Positions 9,191 to 17,925 are shown, counted from the first letter of the stretch. The stretch is DNA of 28,091 nt from Thermoplasmata archaeon (GCA_015522885.1 WALJ01000131.1:1-28091); one strand, 5' to 3'. Notes: a model not told the origin generated them from the letters alone. Program-made: numbers and translations.

Positions 9191-10534
9191 TCACTTCTTA
9201 AGCTGCTTTCCTACGATTTCATCGGCAATCTCTAGGAACTCTTTTTTCTTTTTTGCGGGTATGCTGCAGCCGGATGCTATGTCATGTCCTCCGCCTTTTC
9301 CACCGACCTTAGACGCGGCACGGCACACTTCCGTAAGGTTCAGTCCCTTCGATATCAGATATTTCGTGCCCCTTGCCGAGATTTTTATTTTCCCGTCATT
9401 CGTTTCCGTCAGGCAGAAAGCGGGCTTTTCCTGATTGAGAAGGTACTGCATACCTATTCCGGCCTGAGCGCTCGCTACCTCGCTTTCATAGGACCAGAAC
9501 CACTGTATGTTCTCCATCTCTTTTGCCCGGTTCTTTTCAAGGGTAAGGAGCGCTTTGAGCACGACTTCACCGTATTCTTCGGCCAGCTCCTTCGCTTTAT
9601 ACAGAGAACTTTCATCGCCCATTGCCATGGAAACCGCAACACCGCTGTCCTTTTTTGCGGAAGCGTCCATGTAATCCGCTATCTCGGAGACATAGATATT
9701 CAGCGAGGGAACAAGATACTTTTTGCTTATCAATTCGTCCACAATATCGGACCTGCATCCCTGTTTCAGGAGCCTCAGAAGGAGTATCGAGCCGAGCCTT
9801 TTTTCTTCATCCTCATAGAGTTCGGAAGCTCTTTTTTCCCCGTCGATTTTCAAATCCTCCAGAAGCTTTTCCACTTCTTTCTCCCTGCCGCTGAGACCTT
9901 TTACGAAGGGGTCATATGAAGCGGAGAGAGCCCTGCGGAGCGGGACATTTCTGAGGTTAAGACCTTTTCTGGATATCAACAACCCCTCCTTTTCCCCCGT
10001 TTCCGCTATTTTTGCGTTGATTCCCCTGAAACCGCCGACATGCTGTCTGTCTCCCGTGCTTCCGGCAAGCGAAAGGTGCGCAAGGTTGGAATTTCCGCTG
10101 TTCATGGTCAGGGAGAGCAGGAACGCCATGGTGGAACCCGACGCCTCTCTCGTCCCGTCTATCCCGTATCTGTGGGAATTTATCTCAAGGGCAGTACCGG
10201 AATAATCCATAGGCTGGTGGTGGTCCAGAATTATGATTTCAGGGCCGAGGGAATCAAGGGCTTCGATGTCCCCGCTCCCCATGTCCAGAAAGACCACAAG
10301 TCTGTCCTTTTCCTTCGATATCCATTGAATGACCTCATCGGATATGCCGCTCACGATTGAAAGATGAAATTTTCGCTCCTCTCTGACGAGAGCCTTTGCC
10401 AGTATGGAACCGGCCGCAATCCCGTCCGCATCGTGGTGAGAAAAAATTCGCACGGCGGAATCGAAGGAAAGTATCTTCTCCGCGGCCAGATTAAGGTCGG
10501 AAACAAGTTGTTCCGGGATCGGGAGCCTGAGCAT
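9191..10534 (-). CDS. DHH/DHHA1 phosphoesterase, RecJ-like (GAN/Cdc45 family)
   Basis: HHDADG, FLDMGS, ILDHH and GGGHDIASG motifs. It lies directly downstream of rps15, the usual archaeal arrangement. Confidence 0.9.
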   Translation of the reverse strand: MLRLPIPEQLVSDLNLAAEKILSFDSAVRIFSHHDADGIAAGSILAKALVREERKFHLSIVSGISDEVIQWISKEKDRLVVFLDMGSGDIEALDSLGPEIIILDHHQPMDYSGTALEINSHRYGIDGTREASGSTMAFLLSLTMNSGNSNLAHLSLAGSTGDRQHVGGFRGINAKIAETGEKEGLLISRKGLNLRNVPLRRALSASYDPFVKGLSGREKEVEKLLEDLKIDGEKRASELYEDEEKRLGSILLLRLLKQGCRSDIVDELISKKYLVPSLNIYVSEIADYMDASAKKDSGVAVSMAMGDESSLYKAKELAEEYGEVVLKALLTLEKNRAKEMENIQWFWSYESEVASAQAGIGMQYLLNQEKPAFCLTETNDGKIKISARGTKYLISKGLNLTEVCRAASKVGGKGGGHDIASGCSIPAKKKKEFLEIADEIVGKQLKK

Positions 10535-10542
10535 GCCTCTCC

Positions 10543-10998
10543 TTACTTTATCTCAAGCTCCGCCCTGTTTATGGAGTACTTCCATTTATCGGGCAGTTCT
10601 CCGGTTCTCTTGTAATATTTGGAAAGCCGCCTTATCCTCACCTCTACGAGCTGCATGCCTCTTCTGTTGGCCGTGTCCTTCGGGTTCTCTTTGAGATGCT
10701 TGTCGAGGTTAATTGCCTTTTTCATGAGAAACGCCATGTCTTCGGGAATCTTCCATGTTATGCCGTTTTCCGCCAGTATCCTCTTTACGCTCTTCCCCGT
10801 GGCCAGTTTGACATCCGGGATCCCGTAGCTGTCTCTCAGGATTATGCCTATCATCGGCATCGAGTATCCGGATTTCGAGAGCGATACCACTTTCTGTTCT
10901 ATATCCTCAGGGCTTAGTTCGACCCAGTCAGGGTTTTTCGATACTACAGGTCTGTGAGAACCTGAACTTCCTTTTCTTCTTGCATGCATCCTTGCCAT
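10543..10998 (-). CDS. rps15: 30S ribosomal protein S15 (uS15)
   Basis: MARMHARRKGSSGS start, GIILRDSYGIPDVK and RRLSKYYK. Confidence 0.98.
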   Translation of the reverse strand: MARMHARRKGSSGSHRPVVSKNPDWVELSPEDIEQKVVSLSKSGYSMPMIGIILRDSYGIPDVKLATGKSVKRILAENGITWKIPEDMAFLMKKAINLDKHLKENPKDTANRRGMQLVEVRIRRLSKYYKRTGELPDKWKYSINRAELEIK

Positions 10999-11040
10999 GG
11001 ATTGCCTCCATTCTCTGCGATTTTGGGGATAAAAGCACTC

Positions 11041-11050
11041 ATACTTAAAG
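11041..11050 (-). promoter_or_regulatory. TATA box of the rps15-DHH operon
   Basis: The minus strand reads CTTTAAGTAT about 50 nt upstream of the ATG. SD GGAGG lies at 11009-11005. Confidence 0.5.
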
Positions 11051-11089
11051 TTAATTGTGGATGCGATTTATACTGCATCTCCCGCAATC

Positions 11090-11110
11090 TTTATATAGAG
11101 AACCTTTTAA
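11090..11110 (+). promoter_or_regulatory. TATA-like boxes of the rpl3 superoperon
   Basis: TTTATATA (11090-97) and AGAGAA-CCTTTTAA (11097-11110). Either implies a leader of at least 125 nt. Confidence 0.5.
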
Positions 11111-11129
11111 TCGGCTCAACCTCAGTAGT

Positions 11130-11216
11130 TAGCCAAACGCAAAGGGGCAATGTCCTGAACAACCCCGCGCAACGCCGGCAATCGTTGTTTTGAGCGTTGG
11201 ATAGGCGTTACGGCTG
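11130..11216 (+). ncRNA. candidate structured 5' leader (r-leader) of the rpl3 operon
   Basis: Manually found nested stems; see the corresponding finding. Confidence 0.45.
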
Positions 11217-11256
11217 GCACAAGAAACGAGAAACTCCGTGAAAAAGGAGGCAAAAC

Positions 11257-12255
11257 ATGAGTAAACCACATGCTCCAAAAAGAGGCTCTCATGGCTTTTC
11301 GCCGAGAAAGAGGGCCAGATCGCAGACACCGCACATAAAGACATGGCCAGAGCTTAGCGAAGGCCCTAGAATTCAGGGATTTGCAGGATACAAAGCGGGA
11401 ATGACACATGCGTTTATGGTGGATTACAGAAAAACGAGTACCACGGCGGGTCGGGAAGTCATGGTCCCGATAACCGTTCTCGAAACCCCCCCGATGAAAG
11501 TGGATGCCGTGAGATTATACGGAAGGGAGCCATACGGCCTCAGGTCTCTGGGTGAGGTATGGACAAAGAAGCTGGATAAAAGCCTTGATGGAAGAATTCC
11601 CATGCCGAAAGAGCATAAAAAGCTCTCGGAGGTCCTAAAGTCCATAGATATGGATGAAGTGGAGGATATAAGGATAATAGTCCACACCCAGCCGAGGCTT
11701 GTCTCCGGTGTCCCGAAGAAGATTCCCGATGTAATGGAACTGAGAATAAGCGGGGGAAGCATGGATGAGAGGCTGGATTATGCCAAAAAGATACTGGGTA
11801 AGGAAATAAAGGTAAATGATTTCGTCTCGCCCGGAAAAATGGTAGACATCATCGCGATAACAAAGGGGAAGGGATATCAGGGTGCTGTCAAGAGATGGGG
11901 GGTTAAGATACTGTCCCATAAAAACAGCAAGAAAAGAAGAAAGGTTGCCACGGCAGGGCCGAAGAGGCCGGGATATGTGAGGCCGACCGTCCCTCAGGCA
12001 GGCCAGACAGGGTATCATCACAGGACCGAGTACAACAAGAGGGTGCTCGTGATAGATGACAATCCGGAACAGATAAACCCGAAAGGAGGTTTTCTCCACT
12101 ACGGGCTGGTAAGAAACAGTTATGTCCTCATACACGGCTCGATACCCGGGCCTGTTAAGAGGCTTGTGAGACTGAGAGATGCCACGAGATTCAGGGGAGA
12201 AACGGCGGCTCCGGAGATAAAGTACGTGTCTCTGGAATCGAAGCAGGGGGTGTGA
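11257..12255 (+). CDS. rpl3: 50S ribosomal protein L3 (uL3)
   Basis: HAPKRGSHGFSPRKRA, FAGYKAGMTH, KGKGYQGAVKRWG, PQAGQTGYH. SD GGAGG. Confidence 0.98.
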   Translation: MSKPHAPKRGSHGFSPRKRARSQTPHIKTWPELSEGPRIQGFAGYKAGMTHAFMVDYRKTSTTAGREVMVPITVLETPPMKVDAVRLYGREPYGLRSLGEVWTKKLDKSLDGRIPMPKEHKKLSEVLKSIDMDEVEDIRIIVHTQPRLVSGVPKKIPDVMELRISGGSMDERLDYAKKILGKEIKVNDFVSPGKMVDIIAITKGKGYQGAVKRWGVKILSHKNSKKRRKVATAGPKRPGYVRPTVPQAGQTGYHHRTEYNKRVLVIDDNPEQINPKGGFLHYGLVRNSYVLIHGSIPGPVKRLVRLRDATRFRGETAAPEIKYVSLESKQGV

Positions 12256-12258
12256 TAG

Positions 12259-13026
12259 ATGGCTAAAGTCAATGTTTACAGCATAAAAGGAAAGAAAAAG
12301 AAGTCCGTCGAACTGCCCCCGGTATTCTCTACCGAAGTTAGGATAGATATAATAAGAAAGGCGGTCAATACCATAAGGGCCAATCGAAGACAGGCCTATG
12401 CCCCCTCTTTAAACGCAGGTATGAGGCATGCCGTCTCGACATGGGGGAAAGGGAGAGGAGTTGCAAGGGTTCAGAGATTGAAGGACGGAAGAACAGCTGC
12501 GGAGTCCCCTAACAATGTCGGCGGAAGAAGAGCTCACCCGCCGAGAGCAGAGAGGGTCTGGAAGGAAAAACTCAACAGAAAGGAGATGAGGCTGGCGAGG
12601 TATTCGGCTCTTTCGGCTTCCGCAATCTCGGACATGGTGAAAAACAGGGGTCACAGGTTCTCTGACAAACTCACTCTTCCTGTTGTCGTGGAAGACAAGC
12701 TCGAAAAGATCACAAGTACACGGGAAGCCGTGGAAGTACTTCAAAATCTCGGGCTATACGAAGATGTGGAAAGAGCGAGGGACAGGAAGCACATAAGGGC
12801 CGGAAGAGGAAAGATGAGGGGCAGGAGATACAAAAGGGCAAAGAGCATACTCATTCTGGTTTCCGACAGAAAAAACGCACTTAAAGCATTCGGAAATCTG
12901 GAAGGAGTGGACATCGCAGTACCCTCAAAGCTGAATGCCGAGATACTGGCACCCGGCGGAGACCCGGGAAGACTTCTGATGATGAGCCAGAAGGCCCTCG
13001 AAGAGATAAAGGAGTGGAGCACATGA
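12259..13026 (+). CDS. rpl4: 50S ribosomal protein L4 (uL4)
   Basis: WGKGRGVARVQR, VGGRRAHPP, RAGRGKMRGRRY, LAPGGDPGRL. Confidence 0.98.
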   Translation: MAKVNVYSIKGKKKKSVELPPVFSTEVRIDIIRKAVNTIRANRRQAYAPSLNAGMRHAVSTWGKGRGVARVQRLKDGRTAAESPNNVGGRRAHPPRAERVWKEKLNRKEMRLARYSALSASAISDMVKNRGHRFSDKLTLPVVVEDKLEKITSTREAVEVLQNLGLYEDVERARDRKHIRAGRGKMRGRRYKRAKSILILVSDRKNALKAFGNLEGVDIAVPSKLNAEILAPGGDPGRLLMMSQKALEEIKEWST

Positions 13027-13283
13027 GAGACCCGTTCGATATAATAATTCACCCGTATGTCACGGAAAGAGCGCTGAGCCTTATGGACAGGGAAAACAAG
13101 CTTCAGTTCATAGTAAAAAGAGATGCCACAAAGGAGGAGGTAAAGTACTCCATAGAACAAATATTCAAGGTCAAGGTGGACTCGGTCAATACACTGATAA
13201 CAAAGAGCGGAAAGAGAGCGATCGTCAAGCTGTCTCCGGAGTATTCGGCAGAGGAGATAGGCATGAGGATAGGAGTATTCTGA
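13023..13283 (+). CDS. rpl23: 50S ribosomal protein L23 (uL23)
   Basis: HPYVTERA, NKLQFIV, VNTLIT..KRAIVKL. ATGA overlap with the rpl4 stop. Confidence 0.97.
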   Translation: MRDPFDIIIHPYVTERALSLMDRENKLQFIVKRDATKEEVKYSIEQIFKVKVDSVNTLITKSGKRAIVKLSPEYSAEEIGMRIGVF

Positions 13284-13292
13284 GGTGGAATC

Positions 13293-13991
13293 ATGGGAAA
13301 AAGGATTGTTGTTCAGAGCAGAGGACACGGAAGTCGTACATACCGCTCACCGAGCCACAGGCACAGAGGTGAGATAAAATACCCTTCCGCCAGAGAAGGA
13401 AAGGGAAAGGTCATCGACATAGTTCATGATCCGGGGCACTACGCTCCTGTGGCGCTCGTGAAGTTCGGAAATGAGAAGATAAACATGCTCGCATCATACG
13501 GGATGTCTGTCGGTCAGGAGATAGAGATGGGTTCGATGATACCTCTTTCTCTCGGCAATATCAAACCTGTCGGCGAGATTCCCGAGGGTACTTCCGTTTA
13601 TAACATCGAGATTCGGCCGGGGGACGGCGGGAAGCTCGTGAGAACGCCGGGCACATCCGCACTGATAGTAAGTCATGGGGAAAAGACCATGATCCAGCTT
13701 CCCTCGAAGGAGTTCAGGGCGCTGGATAACAACTGCAGGGCCACTCTGGGGATAGTAGCCGGCGGAGGGCGAGATGAAAGTCCGTTTGCAAAGGCGGGAA
13801 AGAAGATTCACACCTACAAAAGCAGGGCAAAGAAGCCCTATGCCGTCAGCGGAGTCAACATGAACCCCGTAGACCATCCCCACGGAGGAGGTTCCCACAG
13901 GCATGTGGGCGGACCGAATACCGTTGCGAGAGGAATGCCGCCCGGAAAGAAGATAGGAAGACTCTCACCTAAGAAGAAGAGGAGGCGCTAA
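13293..13991 (+). CDS. rpl2: 50S ribosomal protein L2 (uL2)
   Basis: MGKRIVVQSRG, PGDGGKLVR, MNPVDHPHGGG. Confidence 0.98.
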   Translation: MGKRIVVQSRGHGSRTYRSPSHRHRGEIKYPSAREGKGKVIDIVHDPGHYAPVALVKFGNEKINMLASYGMSVGQEIEMGSMIPLSLGNIKPVGEIPEGTSVYNIEIRPGDGGKLVRTPGTSALIVSHGEKTMIQLPSKEFRALDNNCRATLGIVAGGGRDESPFAKAGKKIHTYKSRAKKPYAVSGVNMNPVDHPHGGGSHRHVGGPNTVARGMPPGKKIGRLSPKKKRRR

Positions 13992-13993
13992 AC

Positions 13994-14461
13994 ATGGCCA
14001 AATCAAAGATTGTAGGGAGCGCAAAGGCTGCCAGAAGGAAGGTAAGAAAGCGGAAAAGTAAGATACAGGAGAGGAGAAAGAAGGAGTTCACATATCGCGG
14101 ATATACCCTCGAACAGCTTCGGAAGATGTCGGTGGAACAGTTGATGCCTCTGTTTCCCGCAAGGATCAGAAGGAGCATTAGGAGGGGATTTAATCCCGAG
14201 GAGCAGGCATTTTTGAAGAGGATGGAGAAGAGCGACGGAAGCAGAGCTGTGAGAACGCACAGGGGGGAGATGATAATAATGCCAAGCTTCGTGGGGAAGA
14301 AGATAGCTATTTACAACGGAAAGGAATTCAAGGAATTCACGGTCATGCCGGAGATGATAGGACACTACATCGGAGAATTTGCGCTCACAAGAAGGCCTGT
14401 CAAGCATTCCGGGCCTGGAGTCGGTGCGACGAGGTCTTCCAAATACATGCCTCTTAGGTAA
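13994..14461 (+). CDS. rps19: 30S ribosomal protein S19 (uS19)
   Basis: FTYRGYTLEQL, VRTHRG, EMIGHYIGEFALTR, GVGATRSSKYMPLR. Confidence 0.98.
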   Translation: MAKSKIVGSAKAARRKVRKRKSKIQERRKKEFTYRGYTLEQLRKMSVEQLMPLFPARIRRSIRRGFNPEEQAFLKRMEKSDGSRAVRTHRGEMIIMPSFVGKKIAIYNGKEFKEFTVMPEMIGHYIGEFALTRRPVKHSGPGVGATRSSKYMPLR

Positions 14462-14470
14462 GGTGGTCAA

Positions 14471-14998
14471 ATGGCTGAGAAGAAGGAAAAGAAGGAAAAG
14501 AAGGCGAAGGGAAAAACCGAAGAAAAGGAGAGCAAAGGCCCGATACACATGAAAGGATACTCCGCTGCTTTCGACCCGGAAAAGACAGCGAGAGCGCTGG
14601 GCAAAGATTTGCCGATATCAAGGAAGAAATCGATGGAATTGTGCAGAAAACTGAGAGGCATGAGGTTGCAAGATGCCAAGGACTACCTCGAAGATGTTAT
14701 GAATATGAAGCGTGCCGTGCCTTTCAGGAGATATACGGCCGGCGCAGGGCATAAAAAGGGCATAGGCCCGGGAAAATATCCGGTAAAGCCGGCAAAATAC
14801 ATCCTTGAGACATTGGAATCCGCGGAATCCAATGCGGATTACAACGGCCTCGATACCGACGAACTCGTGATAAAGAGCATAGCAGCGCATCCCGGGAGGG
14901 TGTATAAGGGATTCATGCCGAGAGCGCACGGCAGGTCCACACCATGGAACAACAAGACGACAAACATAGAAGTCATACTTGAGAATCCGGAGGTCTGA
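14471..14998 (+). CDS. rpl22: 50S ribosomal protein L22 (uL22)
   Basis: AVPFRRY, GKYPVKPA, MPRAHGRSTPWN. Carries a K/E-rich N-terminal extension. Confidence 0.97.
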   Translation: MAEKKEKKEKKAKGKTEEKESKGPIHMKGYSAAFDPEKTARALGKDLPISRKKSMELCRKLRGMRLQDAKDYLEDVMNMKRAVPFRRYTAGAGHKKGIGPGKYPVKPAKYILETLESAESNADYNGLDTDELVIKSIAAHPGRVYKGFMPRAHGRSTPWNNKTTNIEVILENPEV

Positions 14999-15000
14999 AT

Positions 15001-15936
15001 TTGTCAAACGAAAGAAAGTTCGTGCAGGAAAATATCCGCAGGCTGCTCCTGAAGGAATATATGATGGAAAAGACGAAGAGGGCCGGATTCGGCGGCGTTG
15101 ACATACAGAGAACACCGATGGGCACGAGAATAACGCTTATCACGGAGCGCCCCGGTTTCGTCATAGGCAGGAAAGGAAGTGCGATAAAGGACCTCACGGA
15201 TGCGGTGCGATATAACTTCAAGTTCGACAACCCGCAGATAGAGGTTCAAGAGGTTGAAAACGCATCGCTCAATGCCCAAATAATGGCCGAAAAGCTCGCA
15301 TCTTCGCTTGAAAGAGGCTGGCACTTCAGAAGAGCCGGGCATTCAACGGTCAGAAGGATAATGGAAGCAGGTGCAAAGGGCTGTCAGGTGATAATGTCCG
15401 GGAAGCTCACGGGTCAGAGGCACAGGACCGAGAAATACAAGGAAGGGCACATAAAATTCTGCGGCGAGCCGAGAGCGCAGTGGATTCATGAAGGATATGC
15501 GGTTGCAAAGCTGAAGGCAGGGGTAATAGGAGTAACTGTGCAGATAATGGACCCGAAAGCAAAACTTCCGGATGAGATTGAAGTAAGAATACCTTCTCCC
15601 GAAGGTGAAAAAAAGCAGGAAAAGAAGAAGGAAGAGCCCAAAGCTCGGGAGAAAAGAGAGAATCGCGGTAGAAACAGGGACAGCGGAAGAAGGGACAGAA
15701 AACCCCGAAGGCCCCGAAGAAGAGGAGGCGGCAGCCAGAGAAAAGACGGCTACAAGCAGGGGGAGAAAAAACCCGAGCAAAAACAGAGCAATAAGAGTCG
15801 TATGGGAAATAAGCCGAAAGTAAAAGAGAGGGTGGAAAAGGCAGAGAAACCGGAGGAGAATAGAACGGAAAGAAATCTTACCAAAGAGAAAAAGGAAGAG
15901 ATAAAGGAGGCTTCGGATGGCACTAAAACCGAGTGA
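15001..15936 (+). CDS. rps3: 30S ribosomal protein S3 (uS3), TTG start, long charged C-terminal tail
   Basis: RPGFVIGRKG, LERGWHFRRAG, SGKLTGQR, GVIGVTVQIM. SD GGAGGT precedes the TTG. Confidence 0.97.
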   Translation: MSNERKFVQENIRRLLLKEYMMEKTKRAGFGGVDIQRTPMGTRITLITERPGFVIGRKGSAIKDLTDAVRYNFKFDNPQIEVQEVENASLNAQIMAEKLASSLERGWHFRRAGHSTVRRIMEAGAKGCQVIMSGKLTGQRHRTEKYKEGHIKFCGEPRAQWIHEGYAVAKLKAGVIGVTVQIMDPKAKLPDEIEVRIPSPEGEKKQEKKKEEPKAREKRENRGRNRDSGRRDRKPRRPRRRGGGSQRKDGYKQGEKKPEQKQSNKSRMGNKPKVKERVEKAEKPEENRTERNLTKEKKEEIKEASDGTKTE

Positions 15937-16126
15937 GGTTCGGAAGATGACACAAGAGCAGAAGGCCAATAAACTGAGGGAACTCAGAAACGAGCTGATG
16001 CACGAGAGAGGAGTGGCTGCAATGGGCGGCGCTCCCGCGAATCCGGGCAAGATACGCTCTCTGAGAGGAGAGATAGCCAGGATTCTGACAATCATGCGAG
16101 AAGAAGAAAAGAAGGAGGAAAGGTAA
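15917..16126 (+). CDS. rpl29: 50S ribosomal protein L29 (uL29)
   Basis: [22 protein letters not shown]. Confidence 0.96.
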   Translation: MALKPSEVRKMTQEQKANKLRELRNELMHERGVAAMGGAPANPGKIRSLRGEIARILTIMREEEKKEER

Positions 16127-16128
16127 GG

Positions 16129-16431
16129 ATGGGTGGAATATGTCCGAGATGTGGTCTTCCGGAGGAACTGTGCATATGCGAGGATATAGCAAAGGAACAG
16201 CAGACGGTGAAAGTCTATCTGGACAAGAGAAGATACGGGAAGACCGTTACGATAGTGGAAGGGATAGACAGTGGCGACATAGATGTTGGGGATATAGCGA
16301 AGACATTGAAGACAAAATGCGCTACCGGCGGAACGGTAAAGGAGAAAAGAATAGAACTTCAAGGAGACCACACGAAGAAGGTGAGGGATATACTGATAGA
16401 TATGGGGTTCACGGTGGAGGTGATGAAGTGA
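16129..16431 (+). CDS. sui1: translation initiation factor SUI1 (aIF1)
   Basis: [13 protein letters not shown] zinc motif, [23 protein letters not shown]. Confidence 0.96.
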   Translation: MGGICPRCGLPEELCICEDIAKEQQTVKVYLDKRRYGKTVTIVEGIDSGDIDVGDIAKTLKTKCATGGTVKEKRIELQGDHTKKVRDILIDMGFTVEVMK

Positions 16432-16694
16432 GAGGGCCGGATAATATCGGAAAGCACGAGCTCATAGGATTGGATATAAAGATTCTGGAGTCTCTGGACC
16501 GGTCTCTGGTGGGCCTCGAGGGAAAGATTGTGGACGAAAGCAAGAACATCTTGGTTATGGATGTTGATGGCGAAGAGAAGAGAATCGCAAAAAAGGTCGT
16601 TAAATTCGGTATCAAAGGTAGCGGTACTGTAATAGACGGAGCGAAAATAGCATACAGACCCGAAGATAGGATAAAGAAGGTGAGGTCATGGTAA
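16428..16694 (+). CDS. rnp1: ribonuclease P protein component 1 (Rpp29/Pop4)
   Basis: [36 protein letters not shown] start overlaps the sui1 stop, after SD GGAGGTGA. The track ORF from 16140 has a spurious N-terminus. Confidence 0.93.
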   Translation: MRGPDNIGKHELIGLDIKILESLDRSLVGLEGKIVDESKNILVMDVDGEEKRIAKKVVKFGIKGSGTVIDGAKIAYRPEDRIKKVRSW

Positions 16695-17140
16695 AGGATG
16701 AGAAGAGCACAGGAGGAAAGGCAAAGCTTTCCGGCTCAGGCATCAGGAAAAAGAGAGTGGCAAAGATAGTGAAAACCGCTAAAAAGCCGGTCAAAACAGG
16801 CAAAGCAAAGAAACCCGAATACAGGAACATAGGAATAGATGTGTCTCCGCCGAAGAGGGCATGTAGCGATCCCGACTGTCCGTTTCATGGGACACTTTCC
16901 GTAAGGGGAAGGGTATTCGAAGGAAGGGTGAAGACTGCAAAGATGCAGGGGACCGTTGTTGTAGAGGCTGAAAGACTTCACTATGTCAAAAAATTCGAGA
17001 GATACGAAAGGAGATACAAGAAGTTCTCCGCTCACGCTCCTCCGTGTATGGATATAGAAGTAGGAAAACATGTAAAGATAATGGAATGCAGACCTTTAAG
17101 CAAGACCGTCTCGTTTGTTGTTGTGGAGGTGGAAGAGTGA
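16688..17140 (+). CDS. rps17: 30S ribosomal protein S17 (uS17) with basic N-terminal extension
   Basis: [38 protein letters not shown]. Confidence 0.97.
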   Translation: MVKDEKSTGGKAKLSGSGIRKKRVAKIVKTAKKPVKTGKAKKPEYRNIGIDVSPPKRACSDPDCPFHGTLSVRGRVFEGRVKTAKMQGTVVVEAERLHYVKKFERYERRYKKFSAHAPPCMDIEVGKHVKIMECRPLSKTVSFVVVEVEE

Positions 17141-17535
17141 AGGGACTGGCAGGAAAACAGACAACGGGGCTTCCCACGGGTGCAAAGCTGAACTGCGTTG
17201 ATAACACGGGCGCCAAAATAGTGCAGATAGTCTCTGTCATGAACTATCACGGTGTAAAGACGAGGCTGCCGAGCGCAGGTGTGGGCGACCTTCTGGTGGT
17301 TTCCGTTAAGAAGGGAACTCCGGAGATGAGAAGGCAGATAGTAAATGCGGTTGTAGTGAGGCAGAGAAGGCCGTTCAGAAGAGCTGACGGGACAACGGTC
17401 CAGTTTGAGGACAATGCTGCGGTTATAACGACTCCGAAGGGCGAAACTAAAGGCTCCGAGATAAAGGGCCCTGTTGCGAGAGAAGCAGCGGAGAGATGGC
17501 CGAGAATCGCGGCAACGGCATCGATAATAGTTTGA
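17137..17535 (+). CDS. rpl14: 50S ribosomal protein L14 (uL14)
   Basis: [45 protein letters not shown] start overlaps the rps17 stop. Confidence 0.97.
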   Translation: MKGLAGKQTTGLPTGAKLNCVDNTGAKIVQIVSVMNYHGVKTRLPSAGVGDLLVVSVKKGTPEMRRQIVNAVVVRQRRPFRRADGTTVQFEDNAAVITTPKGETKGSEIKGPVAREAAERWPRIAATASIIV

Positions 17536-17544
17536 GGTGTGATT

Positions 17545-17925
17545 ATGTTGAGTAAAAGCCCGAAAAAACAGAGAAAAGCGCTCAAAAATATGCCCATCCA
17601 TAAGAGAGGCAGATTGTTCAGCGTTCATCTGAGCAAAGAGCTCAGGAAACAGTACGGAGTACGCTCTCTGACCGTGAGAAAAGGGGATGTCGTCGAGGTG
17701 GTGAGAGGCGGCTTCAAAGGACATGCGAACAAAGTGGCATCAGTGGACAGAAAGAAGGCACTTCTGCATGTGGAGGGAATAACCATAGCAAAATCGGATG
17801 AGAAGCAGGTTGCAAGGCCCGTGCATCCCTCTGATCTCGTACTGACCAAACTTGATGTCTCGGACCCGCTGAGAAAGAAGAAGCTTGATAGGCTTGCAAA
17901 GGATGCCAAGGAGGCCTCCAAATGA
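17545..17925 (+). CDS. rpl24: 50S ribosomal protein L24 (uL24)
   Basis: SKSPKKQRK, VRKGDVVEVVRGGFKG, PVHPS. ATG 17545 follows SD GAGGTG. Confidence 0.97.
   Translation: MLSKSPKKQRKALKNMPIHKRGRLFSVHLSKELRKQYGVRSLTVRKGDVVEVVRGGFKGHANKVASVDRKKALLHVEGITIAKSDEKQVARPVHPSDLVLTKLDVSDPLRKKKLDRLAKDAKEASK

Noticed and set aside
16140-16427. 184-aa ORF that would give Rnp1 a long N-terminal extension
   Set aside because: The extension overlaps sui1 out of frame. GTG 16428 with an SD gives the normal-size Rpp29.
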